Source: Lama guanicoe (taxonomy: Eukaryota). From it: 64,000 bases of DNA. Location: contig MU054400.1 of the NCBI GenBank assembly GCA_013239625.1, positions 4,901,802 through 4,965,801 on the forward strand, read 5' to 3'. Below are positions 26,635 to 40,824 of the stretch, piece by piece. Each line of letters begins with the position of its first letter. Position 1 is the stretch's first letter. Both the position numbers and the translations under genes were made by a program. The notes beneath the pieces are model-generated. The model was not told where the DNA came from, did not search any database, and saw nothing but the letters and a program-made list of their open reading frames with translations.

Positions 26635-26980
26635 ATTTTAACGGCAAACTCTTTCCAGAAACCATCAGATAGTAAATATTCTAGGCTTTGCCGTCATGCA
26701 GTTTCTATCACAGCCACTTAACCCTGCCTGGGCAGGGGGAAATCAGCCAAAGGCAACAAGTAAACACGTGAGTTGACTATAGGCCATTAAAACTTCATTT
26801 ATGGACAGTGAAAATGAAATCTCACATAAATGGCATGGATCATGAACCATACTCTTCAGATTTTCTTTTTAAGCCATTCAAAAATGCAAAAGAGTTTTCT
26901 TTTTGGCCCGCAGGCCATAGAAAAATCAGGCAATGGGCTGGATTTGGCTCAGGGAAATCATAGTTTACAGACCCCTGATT
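26635..26980. mobile_element. hAT-Charlie MITE (MER58-like)
   Basis: GGCAAACT...AGATAGTAAATATTCTAGGCTTTGC...TAGTTTACAGACCCCTG. Confidence 0.7.
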
Positions 26981-27268
26981 TAGAGGATTTAAAGGACAGT
27001 TTTGATATAAATGATCTCTATCAGTGTCACACTCACAATTCTCAGTTCACATAGTTATCATCGCTGTAGGTACCCTACGCTGTCTCTTTTATTTTTTAAT
27101 TTCATTTTCTATCGTGAAAGAAAGAAAGATACAGTTATAAGAGTGAAATATCCTTTGTCTTCCCACTCACCTTTTACTGCATTTTCTTCTAACACCTTAA
27201 TGGATTTTCACTATGCAGTTAGTGTTAGGAAAGTCAGAACTTGAAATATGAGCCTGTTTCAAGCTTCA

Positions 27269-27502
<234 letters not shown>

Positions 27503-27964
27503 CTACATTAGAAATGAACGCAGTATAATAAGAAAAAAAGAGCATATACACTAAGAAGTCAAAAAAGGGAATCTAGGGGAAAGTTCAAGAAATGTGCGTC
27601 TCTTAAAAAAATTAAATTAAATTAAAAAAAAGAAATGTGAGTCTCATTTATATACTGTCAGGAAAGATATGAGGTGGGCTATAGAATAAAAACAACACAT
27701 ACATTTGATATACATACATCAAAAGATCATTAGGCAGAGAAAACACAGCTTAGACGAGAGGGTATAGATGAATGTGAGGAATACAGATAATTAAGTTACA
27801 TCATTGATTTGGATGAATTGTAATTTTGGCATCAGTTTCCTGGCAGCCAGAGGAAGAAGAGAACACCATTAGTCACTTAATTCTCTTTATTCATAAGGGA
27901 AAAACATAATACTTTGGTGAGGCAAAGGCAACATTGAGATCTATAAGAAAATTCTCATGCAGAC

Positions 27965-28083
27965 TTTTTTTCTAATTAAAATAAAATTTTATTTGTATGT
28001 TTTTAAACAGAGGTACTGGGGATTGAACCCAGGATCTCATGCGTGGTAAGGACGCGCTCTACCACTGAGCTATCCCCTCCCCC
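27965..28083 (-). mobile_element. tRNA-derived SINE
   Basis: GAGGTACTGGGGATTGAACCCAGG...CTACCACTGAGCTATCCCCTCCCC. Confidence 0.88.
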
Positions 28084-28215
28084 TTGTGAAGTCTTATAGA
28101 TGACACTCAGGGTTGCAGTGCAGAGTTCTCAGCCATGTCCCTACTGTAATTCCCAAAGGAAACAACCCTCAGCTGTAGTGGGACAACCAGAGACTCATTC
28201 TTTGGACCGTATTTT

Positions 28216-28368
28216 CAGTAGTGTGCTGGAGCTGGCTGGCATCGGCTCTCAAGAGACAACTGTGCACATTTCTTCCCACCTCTGCCTTCAGTGATGTCAT
28301 GTTGGTAGTTCAAAATCCACTATGGGGAACTATTTGCACAGTTCAAAGTGACAAGTGCTACAAATCAG

Positions 28369-28402
<34 letters not shown>

Positions 28403-28433
28403 AATAGAGAGCCAGTTCACCAGCACATCACTG
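28216..28433. mobile_element. hAT-Blackjack-like MITE (MER63-like)
   Basis: terminal inverted repeats CAGTAGTGTGCTGG / CCAGCACATCACTG (12/14); contains a T28 run. Confidence 0.7.
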
Positions 28434-29507
28434 GGGATTTCCCACCTGCAAATTCGCCACTTTAAGATGTGGGTTGTAAATTTCTCCATCAAATTAAGGC
28501 AATTCTCTGATTCCCTGACCTCTTACTCTTCACGAATCACCCTGGCTGACGCAGGAGAAACTGTCGCCTGGGAAACGGGAACATGCTTATCAGCGAAGGC
28601 ACATTGTACGCAGAGGAGTTGGGCTGACTGACAGAGAATATTAAACAGCAAATTCAATCCACATGCCTACGACCGCCAAGTACCTTCAGAAGCCCCGCAG
28701 GGAACATGGACTTCGAATCTGACGTGTAGTAGTATTTCGGGAATGACGTAAAACAAGTTAATCGGACGTGGCTCCCCATCTCGCTTATAAAGATCAGAGG
28801 GTATCGGGCAGCCTCTTTAAATTCATCGTCCGACTGCTTTTTTCCCATTCTACTCCTTCATGTTCCCAATTCATCTCAAACAGGAAAAGACAGAAGCCCA
28901 TATAACTGCACTTCTCATCTCAAGAGGGTTTGTTTATTATTATTATGATTGTTGTTCTATAAAAGCTGGATATACTCTTTCATTCACTTTTTCAGCCGTA
29001 ATTTTTTGCTGAGCTCCAGCCATGCAGGTATTGTGCCAGAAGCTGGGATACAGAGAAGACTGCAATTCTTTCTCTGCCCTCAAGAGCAATCAGATTGATG
29101 GGATTCCAATGCGTGAAACGACGCTAGGAATTGGGAGCAGGTGAGATTGGCAGGAGAGTTGGTTGTGGAGGTGGGGAATAGGGTGGATAGAGATGAAACA
29201 AGTGGAGTAGTTAACAGAAGTCAGACTTTGAAGCCTTGAACATGACAGTGGAAAGTTACACGTGGAGATGAGTGTATCTGAGTCTCCCCCACATATGAGG
29301 ACACTGTGCTGGTTGCGTGAACAGGGGAGAACAGTCTGAGGTACAGCAGTGTGTTGGAATCTGTGAAATGATGACTGATGGTTCAGGAGGGACCTAGGGA
29401 GAGTCCTAGGCAGCTTGCTTGGCTGCACAGGTGGCATCATTTACGAAGCTCGGGTTGGGTGGGGAATGGTGACATTAAAACCCTCAACAGTGGGGGAGCA
29501 GACCCAC

Positions 29508-29670
29508 CCTTTTCTCAGGTTCTACTATTATGGCGTTTTTATCTTCTTCCGTCACAAGAACACAGGTGGCAAAAGAGGACTTTAGCACGTTGATAACCAG
29601 GTCGTTGGAGAGGACATCCAGCTTCTTCACTTGGTCACCCGTCACATTGGTAGAGCCAGCAATGCCATAG
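29508..29670 (-). CDS. FBP1: FBP1 coding exon 2 (163 nt)
   Basis: acceptor ttccctccag|[55 protein letters not shown]; donor AGG|GTGGGT; phase fits exon 1. Confidence 0.98.
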
Positions 29671-32600
29671 CTGGAGGGAAGAAAAGCCATAAAAATATAA
29701 GCTGTGATCACTGGGATGTATCGATGTACCTGCAAACCCACTGAAAGAGAGCTTTGGGTAGAATTTAGAAGAAACGAAAGTAGACACATAGTTTGGAGAA
29801 ACAAAACAAGAATGGTTATCCCTCTGATTGGAAATATTGTCATTCACCTGTCCCATATCTGTCACGGTACCCAGCACACCTCTGTGGTTAAATCCATGTA
29901 TCTTAGCCTTTTTTTGTTTTTTTCATTATTGCCCCTAAGGAGGCTTTTTTCCCTCCTAACACACTCCCCTATGAAATTTTAATATTACAGGTAGAGTGTA
30001 TAGCTGTTAATGCACTATATGTACATATGTTTTATATAGAAAAAGATTGATTTTTTTCACCGCCCCCAAGGTGAATGCCTAAGGCATAATGAGTCAGTTT
30101 GGAGGCACAGCAAGCAAGGACACCTGGGTGGGAGGGAGCCTAGGATGGGGACCAAGTCAGAGGAATCTATGGTTTTATTGCTGAAAAGAACCTAAAAGAC
30201 AAGAAGTAATGACAGATCCCAGCACTTCATTTTATAGGGAAGGAAGCTCACTCCGAGACACCACCGGGCTTCTCTAAACTGGAGGGCAGAGCAGAGGCCA
30301 GAAACCCACTCTGACTCCGGGCCAGGCCGCTCCTGGGGGCCCCTCACTGCACTGGCAGGAGTCCTAGAGGCGGGAGGGAGTGGCAAGTCTGCAATCTGCA
30401 CTTTATTTTCAAGGGACCTGCAAGTCAGTAACTGTGGAACGCCCAGAATCCAAGTGGCTTGTCCAAAAGGGGGCTTAGTTTGTTAGAATGAGGAAAGAGG
30501 AGGGTTGTCATAGCCTGGGATTGAGCAGAAACACAGAAAGGAGGGGAAATATTTTGGAGGAAGGATGCACAGAACAAGATAAGAGACTGGATGTGGGAGG
30601 GGAAGGAGTGGGAGCCTTGAAGACAGCGCCCAACAGCTGCGAGTGGGTGATAAGGGGGCGCCATTGCCCGCTCGGCTGAGATTGCTAGGAGCACCTGCCT
30701 GGGGATGGACCCGTGGCTTCAGCTCTTGAAAATGCATTTTCTCTAAACATAACTTGCGCGTCTCTGGCTGGACAAAACTGAGCCAACGCCAGAAACTGTC
30801 CAAACCCAAGTGGCTCACCTGGCCTGACTCTCTAGGAGGTAATTCCCGTTACCTCATCAAGCCCATTTTCCCAACTTTTTTTCCCCCCAGCCCCCCCCCC
30901 TTTTTGGAAATCAATTTTATATGACCAGAAATAGACCATCTAGAAATATTTCAGTTTATTTAAATTGTTAAGTAGAATATGAAACCGAATGTGTAACTAG
31001 TACCTAAAGAATGGACCTGTTTGGTGTTTAATGAGAACAGCTTCTACAGGGGATCCCCAGAGATTTACAGAAAAAGGGGCAAAGCCCTAATATTAAGCAG
31101 ATAAAACTCATGTTTGAAACAGGTTATACAAAAATTGATTTATATTCCATTTCCCTTTTCTTTGATATTTAGAAAGTGTAGATTTAACAAAAGGTGGCCT
31201 TTCTATATACAATGCCGATTATAATGATGAAAACAACAAACTGTCGGTCTGTTATCCTAAAATCTCAGTGTTTAGCTCTCAAACCTAAAAGTCACTCAAT
31301 TGAAAAAGGAGTAAGAGGGTTAAAAATAAAAAAGCTACTGCCACGTTCCAGATAGTGATGCTAACCTGAGATTTCCACCGCTCGTCACTACTAACTCAGG
31401 AGGGGTGGCAGTGTGGTTGGAGAAGAAACCCGGGCTCGCCCCTCAGCCCTGCAAGCCCCTGCTCTCCCCCAGCCCTCCCCTCTGCCTGTGCCCGTGGAGG
31501 GCAACGATGCCTCCGGGGCTGCTGGAGGACGACATGCTTATCCCGCTTCCGCAAAGGGTTTGGCACAGCCCTTGGTGCTGAGTGTTAACTCCCTCATTTG
31601 CTCCCTGAGGGGAGCTCTCGTTAGGGGGCTGCACACAGCGTGAGAGGGGAGGGGCTCTCAAGCTCCCCGAGGCTTCACCCACCATCATGTTGGCACGGCT
31701 GTTCAGGCTTTAGCGATCAGTTCTAAGGTCGTTCCACACCTTGGAGTGCAGAGAAGGCCACTGGCACGGTCCCCAGAGGGGCTGGCCTACGGGGACAGCT
31801 CCAGGGAGGCCTGGGAGGCTGGGGCAGGTGGGCAGGGCACCTGGGGCAGGCAGGGGAAAGGCTTACTTTGCACTTGGCTCCATTTTCCACCTGTTTAAGT
31901 ATCTCGCTCAGCAAGATGGCTGAGGAGCAGTTAGGCCACAATCTCTCTTGCTCAGAAGCTTCCTAGAGGCCTGTGTGAGTGTTCATTTGTTCCACAAATA
32001 TCTACTGTGCCTACTGGACTGTCTGGAGAACTGAGATCACAGTGCCAAGCAAGACAGATGAGACCCCAGCCCTCATGGAGTTTCCATTCTAGTGAGTGAG
32101 GCAAACAAGAAAAATACATGCTTTTGAATGAATAAGATAATATCCGACACTGACAGGTGCTTTAATACAAGACACAAGATGCAGGGTGGACGGCAGGGCA
32201 AGGGTTTAGACCGTCAGGTCAAGGAAGGTCTCACTGCAAAAGAGCTGTTCCAGCTGAAGGATAATTTGAATGTTTTTAGTAAGAAAGGGAAGGTATGAAA
32301 AAGCGCTCAAAAGAGCCCAAAAAAGCCAGCCAGTAATAATAATAATCATAAAGAACAGCTCCGGGTCAGTAACTTATTCAAAGAAACAAGGAGCCTATTT
32401 TTCATGTATTTCCACATGGGAAGGGGCATATTCATATAGATAACTTTTTAAACCTCAAAGCCTTTTTTTACATGATGCCTGGATCCAGGGAGCTCTGAAA
32501 TGCGGAAAGAGGAGACCCAGAGGAAAGGCTGGCCCTGGTTTGCGGTGCTCCTGGGCCATCCCCATCGACCAAGGACAGACAGGACCCCTGGTGACTGTGT

Positions 32601-33834
32601 CCCAGTCACAGTGCCCCTCCCCCGACTTTGTTTAGTGAGACTGAATGGAAGAGTTCCTGATGTACTGGACTGCATTTTCTTTTTTTTTTTTTAATGCTAA
32701 TAATTGCAATTTTTAATTTTAAGTTCCTTCATAATATTAAATTAAAAAAAATTAATTGTGGTAAAATATACAACATAAAATTTACCATTTTAATTGTACA
32801 GCTCAGTAGCGTCAAGTATTTACATTGTTGGGCAACCAGCCTCCAAAACTAAAACTCTATACCCGTTAAATACCAACCCTCCATTTCTTCCTCTGGCAAC
32901 CATCATCCTACTCTGTTTCTATGAATTTGACGGAACTCAAAGACTGCATTTTTCTGAGCTTGCAGACTCAGCAACTGGCCAAATAGAACCGAGAAACAAG
33001 TCCTGTAGCCCCAGATCACGCCGTGGGCCACCAGAGGATACAACCAGAGTCAGGGCAGCTGGCTTGTTCAGCCAGGATCACCAGCCAGTCCCTCACTGCT
33101 GTTCCAGGGTTCTAAGGTGCTTCCTGCCCTTAGGCCACAGAGAGCGCAGACCTGTCTGCGATGGGAGTCAGGTGGGGCCACATAACAGCCGCAGGACAAA
33201 CACTGTAGGGGACACTCGCCACATCAGAACAGAGAATGGCCATCTTCACGGCCAGACCATCGCAGACCACTGGGACTTCCACCTCTCCACTGCCCTGCAG
33301 GGTTGGGTGGTCACCCCACCTTCCTTCTCTTTAACTCCATTGAAGGTCCCTTCTCTGTTCTAACCAGAAGGACCCTTCCCCAACTACCCTCCAGTTGCTT
33401 GTGAAGCATAAAAAATGGAGTTAGATTATTCTGGTCCCCTTGAAATCAAAATTAAGGCGCTTGGTAAACTTTCCTAGGACACCTTGTGGGCGGGCTTCCT
33501 TTGGTGAGATCTGATGTTGGGAAAGCCTTTGAAAGCCCAGGAAAGTGATTCGAAGGTAGAAGCAGCATTCAGGAGAATGAATTCCCAGCCTGCCAGGTCG
33601 ACAGTGGGGTTATCTGAGTTTATCCCACGTCACCGCGGATTCTGCACATTGCATCTTAGCTCATGAAGCTTGCTGGGACTGGGAGGGTTCCTCACACGGC
33701 CCTGAGTTATCCTGCTCAGGGAAGACGAGGCAGGACGAGGCAATCAGGTTTCTCTTAAGACGCCTCAAGGCGAGGGGCCCTCAGGAGGGCAACAAGGGCA
33801 GCAAGGCACACCCAAGGGAACCCAGCCACAGAAG

Positions 33835-33985
33835 GGGGCCGGGAAGCTCAGTGGTAGAGTGAATGCTTAGCATTCACTTCCCAGGTTCTATTCCCAGGAC
33901 CTCCACTAAAATAAACAAACAAACAAACAAACAAACAAATAATAGATAAGCCTAATCAACCCCTCTCCACTCCCCCCAAAAAAGG
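33835..33985 (+). mobile_element. tRNA-derived SINE, long-tail form with (AAAC)n
   Basis: GCTCAGTGGTAGAGTGAATGCTTAGCAT head; (AAAC)n; CCTAATCAACCCC tail. Confidence 0.8.
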
Positions 33986-34002
33986 AGGGAAAATGATTTT
34001 CA

Positions 34003-34158
34003 TAGAGACCTATATTCAATATCCTATAGTAACCTATAATGAAAAAGGATATGAAAATGAATACATGTGTGTATATGTACGACTGAAACATTATACTGTG
34101 CACCAGAAATTGATACAACATTGTAAACTGACTAGACTTCAATAATAATAAAAAAAAG
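34003..34158 (+). mobile_element. L1 3' end
   Basis: ...CTGTGCACCAGAAATTGATACAACATTGTAAACTGACTAGACTTCAATAATAATAAAAAAAA. Confidence 0.8.
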
Positions 34159-36399
34159 AAGCCAGAAGCAGGCAAGGCTTGCATTCTTGACAGAGGGAAA
34201 AAGCCTTAAGAAATATCTGGGAGGAACTGATTAGATGAAGAACACAGAGCGTTTATTTTCTTTCGTAAGTTTTCAGAAACCCCCTTGGAAACAATACATT
34301 TCTGCATTCTGACCAGTCATTGTTCCTGAAAGTCCCCAAAGGTTTGGGGAACAAGTGTTTTCACTAGGCGGGCGGATGTCCACGCGGAGGGGCGGGGCCT
34401 GGCTCCCCAGCTGGCCCGCACCTTTGCTCGGCAGGCTGAACTGGGTCTGGGAAAATGAATCAGCGGTGTTCCCCCCACCACAGCTCTGGGCAGACTCTAG
34501 GAGAGCCCAGCCTAGTTTGGAAGGAGCTCCTGTGCCGGCCCTTGTGAACAGGATGGGATGGCATCACCCACCCTCAGTGGGACTTGAGCAACCTTTATCC
34601 CACCACATCTGACTCTTCTTAGATTACTTTCCAATTTGCCGCTCCCTGGGGTCAGAATCAGGCGGCAAATGAGGCTGCAGGGATATGGGGAAATCTTAAT
34701 ATAACCCTGTTCAGAAGAGCCCTGCAGGGCCAACTGTGCCTTACGGTCAGTGGAGAGAGAGAAGCAAGCTGAACGGGTGAAGAAATGGGTTGATCTGAGC
34801 CCCTCCCCTCCCGCACCCAGGAAAGGACTCAGGAGCATTTGGACACCCGTCATTCAGTGGCAGGGACGTCAGTTTCGACTGAGCCCATCGCTTGTTATGC
34901 GGCAGAAGCTTTTCCTAAATGGAAGTTACCACACAGGGGAGAGGCAACATCATGGGCTTTGCTCCTTGGGCTGGGATCTAGACCACGGGGATTCAAATCC
35001 CAGCTCCGCCACCAGCTAAGCATGCCTGAGCAAGTCACTTATCATCTCCGATCTTTGGTAAAATGGGAATTTAGTATATTTATGTCATAGTATGTAGAGA
35101 CAGGGAGTAAAGGAGCAGACGGAGGTAAAGGGCTTAGAACAGACACTGGCACGAAGGAAGAGAGCAAGAAAGAATGTCATTCTGTTCCCATCCCTAACTC
35201 CCCTCAGCACCGATACAACCAAGCTGAGAAGCAAAGTGGGTCCCGACAGAACACAGCACCGGAGAGAGCTGGGTTCAGCTTCTGCCTTTCTCTCTTAGTG
35301 ATTCTATGGCTTCCATCAAGTTGTCTCCAACTCTTGATTGTTGGCTTCCAGGCTTTGCAGGGATGAGGGCTAACCCACGTGCTGCACCCGGTTCCCAGCA
35401 GCCACTGGTGGCCACCGTTGTTCTTAATGGAGCCCCACAGGCAACCACTAAGTGCGGGCTGGCTGGTGAGCAGGTTTGGGGCTGGGTGGCAGGAGCGAGG
35501 AACAACCTCTAAACCAGTTTTGCAGGCAGCTTCTGGGAAGACAGCCAGTGCAGAACCATGTCACAGGTAACTGACAACAAAAGCAAGCACTCAAAGTTTG
35601 CACTAGACTAAAGTTCCACTGGGAAAATGACTTTATATGAGACGCTTGTGAAATGTCTCTTCAGTTTTATTCAAATAAGTTGGCTCTGCCACCCAAGAAA
35701 CTGGGGGTGAGGGGACAACAGCCTGTTAGGGTTTAAGCCCCTGTGACTGTTCCTTCTTAAACCCCCAGAGACACAAAAATTCTCTTTCTGGAGTTTGGAG
35801 AGAAAAGTCGATTTGAGAGGCTGCTGTCTGTAATATCTCTTCTTTTGCTTTTACCGTAAGCCTCACTGAAAATTTGAAAAAGCTATGTTATTTTAATTCA
35901 AATGTCAGGAAACTCCTCAGAAGGATAGTTAATCTGGCCAGTATCTTATAATCCTTAGAAATTTGGATTAAAAATTAATGTGGTCTTTCAAATCTTCATA
36001 AGGTTTCTGGAGCCATTTCACAGCATCCAGTCTGTGATTTATGACTATCAAGGGAAAGCCTCCTTCAGCTGTATTTCTGAAGCACAGACCTACACACAAG
36101 GCCTGGAGCCAGGGCCCCATTTTGGGAAGAACTTTCCATGACTTCCTCTACTTGCTAACTAACTTCAGATCTTTTCCTCCTGACCTCAGCAGGACAGCGT
36201 GAAGCGGGCAGCACCTCAGCCAGCACGCACACGGACCAAGGGGGAGAGTTCGTTTTCAGAAGAGAAAGGGAGGCAGATAAGATTGTTATTTAATCCTCAT
36301 CACTCAAGTCGAAGGTAACACAGACTTGTTATTCATTGATTCTGAGGTAAATGACCAACCATTTACCAAGTCCAGAACGTCCAAAGGTCAGATCAGAAA

Positions 36400-36546
36400 T
36401 AGTCTGCCCTCCATATCCTGGGGTTTTGCATCTGCAAATTTTGACCTGCTGTTAGTTGAATCTGTGGATGCACTCCACCATTTTATATGACAGACTTGAA
36501 CATCCATGGATTTTGGTATCCGCAGGGGTCCTGGAACCAATCCTTG
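36400..36546. mobile_element. Tigger/MER2-like DNA transposon fragment
   Basis: GGATTTTGGTATCCGCAGGGGTCCTGGAACCAATCC. Confidence 0.65.
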
Positions 36547-39500
36547 GTTTAAACAGAGGGACGACCGCATGCTGAAAAGGGCCAACCAGAGCAGCTTTCA
36601 AACGCCACAAACCCCAAACTTGGCTTGAGCTCATGCCAGCCAGAAATGTGCAGATAGGATGGCGTGTGGCTGGCTGTGCTTCTGGTGTGGAAAGGAGGTT
36701 TTTGGTAATATGGAGAGGATAATTCAAGAAATACAACATACATCTGATGGTTTCCCAAAGTTCAATGTCATAAACTCTGCCAATTTGAAGATAAACTTGA
36801 GCATGTATTCACTGACTTGTAATTCCAAAATTAAAATTTAAGTTATTATTATTTTTTCCATCGAGCAACAGAGACAACTCCATATTTAAGAGCAACTTTT
36901 CTGCACACCATCTGAGCATGTTGGGGAAAAGTTTCCCCTAACCAATATGAGGGTGCAGAGTCCTCTTAATAGATAACGTTCTAGCCTGGAATATATCGCT
37001 GCTGATACACATGTGAGAAACTACTAAGGAATGAAAAGCAGAATGTAGAAAGATCAGTTTATAAAAAACAAAACAAAACAAAACAAAAAACCCCTTCAGC
37101 CTAGAAAAACAATGATGATGGAACTAGTTTTATGAACTCAGTTCATCCTCAAACAACTCTTTGAGGTTTAAAAAATTAGTTGTCTCTGGAAAGAAAAAAT
37201 AAAACATTTTAAAGACAAAAAATTATGAAAAAAATAAGAAAAAGAATCTTATAAGTAGGGAAACTGAGGCTCAGAGATGTTATGACAATTTCCCAAATCG
37301 TCACAGAAGTTAAATGGCAGAGACAGAAATTTGAGCCCAGATCCATTTCTCTCCAAAATGTGCTCTCAAAGCCTTGCACGTTCCTGTTCTGCTAAACCGG
37401 GCCCTGATTTTCTTCTTCTCTTCCTCTCTGCCTCAGAGTAAATGTACCAGAATCCAGTGGCCTATGCTTTAGTCAGCAATTCACGCCCAAATTCCAGACT
37501 ATCGTGTCCGACTGCAGGCTGGACATCTCCGACTGCATGGTCCTCTCACATCTCAGGTTCAACATCTCCAGAATGTCAGAATCATCTTCCTACTCTTCCC
37601 CGCCTCTAAAACCCAGCTCCTCCTTTGCAATTCTGGTTTTGTTGTTTTGTTTTGTAACGATGCAGCCTTGCTCTCAGTAGCTGGGACCCCACTTTGAGAA
37701 CCTCCCTCCCTGTCCTTCTCATCCAATCCCGACTCAGATTTCTCCCAGGTCCCCTCCCTCCTCCCCTCTAGTCCTCTAGCCCTGGATGCTGCTTGATTCA
37801 CCTCTTCCCTTCTCCATTGGTTCTCCACGTTGTCTTAGCTTTCCCTCTTTTAACTCTATGCTCCCAGCCATACCTGCCCCAGATTAATCCCAGCCATGCC
37901 ACTGCCCCACTCAAAAGCCTGTACCTCTGCCCTTTGCTTACCACCTAAAATATAAGGTATTCACTCTTGCCATTTGATGTTCCCTCAATGCACGCATAGA
38001 TTAACATTCGCAAATGCCTCCCACCCCATTACGTTACATGAAGTACTCCAGGCTTCAGTCAAATAGAATGAGCAACTTTTCCAGAAACATCTTCCCGCCT
38101 CGTACCCTTCCTCACAAGACAGTCCAGCCTAAAATGCTCTCCAGCCATCAGGCCTTATGACCATCCTTTCCCGCCCTTTGCAAATGCCCGTCTTGATGCT
38201 CCACAGTCCTTTGCTTCCACGTGGCATTTTTGGCACCTCGAGGAAAGCATCTTTCAGAATCTCTATTACTTTATGATTCTACACTTGTAATATTTTTCCT
38301 ACAGCATCAGCTCTGTCGTTCTCATCTCACATTCTCTTCTAGAACTACAGAGAGAGAAAGAGGGAGAGAGAAAGAACTTTCCAGGCTCTACGCTTAAACT
38401 CCTGATCGGATGCGTCCCTGCTGAGGACTCATGGCTGAGCTCCATAAACTGGTTCTGTGAGATTCCGGCGAATCTGCAGGCATCTCGTCCCTCCAGCTAG
38501 ATGTCCTTCTTAGGGCAAGACTTCAGCGCTAACAAGTTATTTGCAGGCATGCTGGCCTTTTCATCCAGGATATCAAAGCCGATGATGATGAGTATAATTT
38601 GGAGGCCTAAGCTGAGATCTTGTCTTACTGCCCAAATACATATGATTCTGAGACTCTCAAATGCTTACTTTCCCACAGTACGTAAGGGTCCAGGGTCTAG
38701 TCCTCCTCTGTCACCACCCCCATGACAACATATCCACACCCTCTTCACAGGCACAATGCTTGTTTGAAACAGTCAAAGGCCAGTGACTTGCCCAAACATA
38801 CAGGAAATGTCAAACAGCTCCTGATACGTCCATGCAGGGGAACACTCCACAGCAGTTAAAAAGGAGGAGGTGGATTTACACACCCCGACACTGAAGGATG
38901 TTCATTATGTGCTGTTGAATAATGGAAGCAAACTGCAGAATATGTTAAGTGTGATTCCATTTTGTTTGCTATTTACAAACAGTCATATGCAAGTATGTAT
39001 CCATGTATACATTTATATGACTATAAAGAAATATCCAGTAAAATAACCAGTAAAGTATGAGTGGGTTTGGATAGAGGTGGGTTTCACTTTTCCCTTTGTT
39101 CTTCTGAGTGGTTTGAATTTTTGTCAAGCGCAACTTATTAAGGAATTTACAGTTATAGCAACAACAATATTTTTTAGCCTGGTATTTACAGGTACCTAAT
39201 GTAAAAATATACATAATTTATAATAGCCAAAATGAGTACCCTTTGTCCAGATCCCACTACTAAAATCCCACTACCTAAAGTCCCACTCTCTGAAGTAATT
39301 AAAAGATAGGAACGATACACTGCAAAGTAGATCTTGTGTTTCCAAGTCTCTTTGGGGTTGTAAAAGATGCTGACATATGTTTAAAATAGCATAAGAAATG
39401 ACTAGCACTCTTTTTTTTTTTTAAGCCCCCTGGTCTTGAAGGCAGGTGAAGCTGTGAGGATACTTACTGTAAATTAAATTTGAAATAAGGTTTAATTGTG

Positions 39501-40566
39501 CATGTTTCCTAAAGCAAAGGCTCCTGAGAAATGTATTAAGGGGGGCTGTAGGTGAAATAGTAATGGAGTCACCCCCTTTCTAACATACCTGTCCTGATCC
39601 CTCTTCCAGAAAATAAATGTGATCACACATTCCTTCCTTAAGAGTTAGTGCTACCGAGTCATACTGTGGGACCAAACGCAAAGAGTTTAGCAGAAAAGGA
39701 ATCCAGGTTGCAGGGGTTATATTTTTTCAGATCAACTATGATCAGAACATGCATAATTTTCATAGTGTTGCTAAGTGTGGGAAATGTTAGGAAGGAGTGT
39801 GGGCAATTTGAAAACCCAGTGAGGGTCAGTCTAAACACAAGATACTTGTGCACCCAGAATAAACCAAAGGGTGTTTGTGCTACTTGCAAAAAGCCTCACA
39901 GGAAGGTGCCTTTTGAATCCCCATGTCCCGGGATTCCTGTGCTACAGAGAATGGGATCTGTGGACCGGAAGCCTCAGCGCCACCTACCACAGAAGAGCTT
40001 CTTAGAAATGCAGGCTCTCAGGCCCCGCCCCAGACCTACTGCAGCCCTCTGGCAGGAGCATTACTGCCCCTGAGAGCTCTGGATTCCTCCCAGCCTGCCC
40101 CCGGGGTTCGCACACTCCTATCAGGATTTGTTCAGGGTCAAGGAGATACTAAATTAGAAATCTGACTTGGGATCCCAGTTCCAAAGGGAGTGAAGGAAGT
40201 CAAAGAAGTAAAAGTGAAAGGAAAGCACTTTTCTGCACGAGGCCAGGATGGCTGCGGTGGCAGGCCAGGTGCGCACCCCGCCAGCCTGTTTCACCGGGAG
40301 GAGGCGGAGAGGAGTGCCAAGGCTGCCGGACTGCAGGTGTGGACTGTGAGCCAGGCCCCCAGAGGGGCACCCGCAAGCTTAAGGGAGAGGGTACTAGGGC
40401 TTAAATGTGGCTGCGAGCGTCTGCAGAGGGGCTGCCAGAGAGGGAGGGTCCCAGCTGTCAGACAGACAGGCTGACAGCAGGAGGGCTAGAGGACCAGACA
40501 TCCGACTGCCCGGCAGATCCCCAGCCAGAGAGACAGGATGCGGCAGGGGCCGGAGGCCTGACTCAC

Positions 40567-40736
40567 AGGTGTGCGATGCCCGCCTTGCGCACGGCCGTGG
40601 AGATGGCTTTGACCGCGGTGCAGAGCGAGTTGAGCAGCTGGGTCATCTCGCCCGTGCCACGGGCCTTCCTGCCCTCCTCCATGACGAAGCGGGTCAGGGT
40701 GACGATATTCGTGTCGAAGGCCGCCTGGTCCGTCAT
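40567..40736 (-). CDS. FBP1: FBP1 coding exon 1 (170 nt)
   Basis: ATG at 40736; [57 protein letters not shown]; donor CT|GTGAGT. Confidence 0.98.
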
Positions 40737-40804
40737 GCTGGGGCCGGGCCGGGGCGCGCTGGGCGGCAGGTGCGGGCGGCGGGACGCGGCAGAACGCGGC
40801 TGGA

Positions 40805-40824
40805 GGACGGACGGACGGACGGAC
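40805..40824. repeat. (GGAC)5 tetranucleotide repeat in the probable FBP1 5'UTR
   Basis: perfect array about 70-90 nt upstream of the ATG. Confidence 0.9.

Noticed and set aside
32794..33363. 189-aa plus-strand ORF in FBP1 intron 1
   Set aside because: Begins in an L1-derived fragment, has a non-ATG start and no recognisable homology.
39250..39288. Three roughly 14-nt TCCCACTAC repeats
   Set aside because: Simple slippage duplication; no spacers or array structure.
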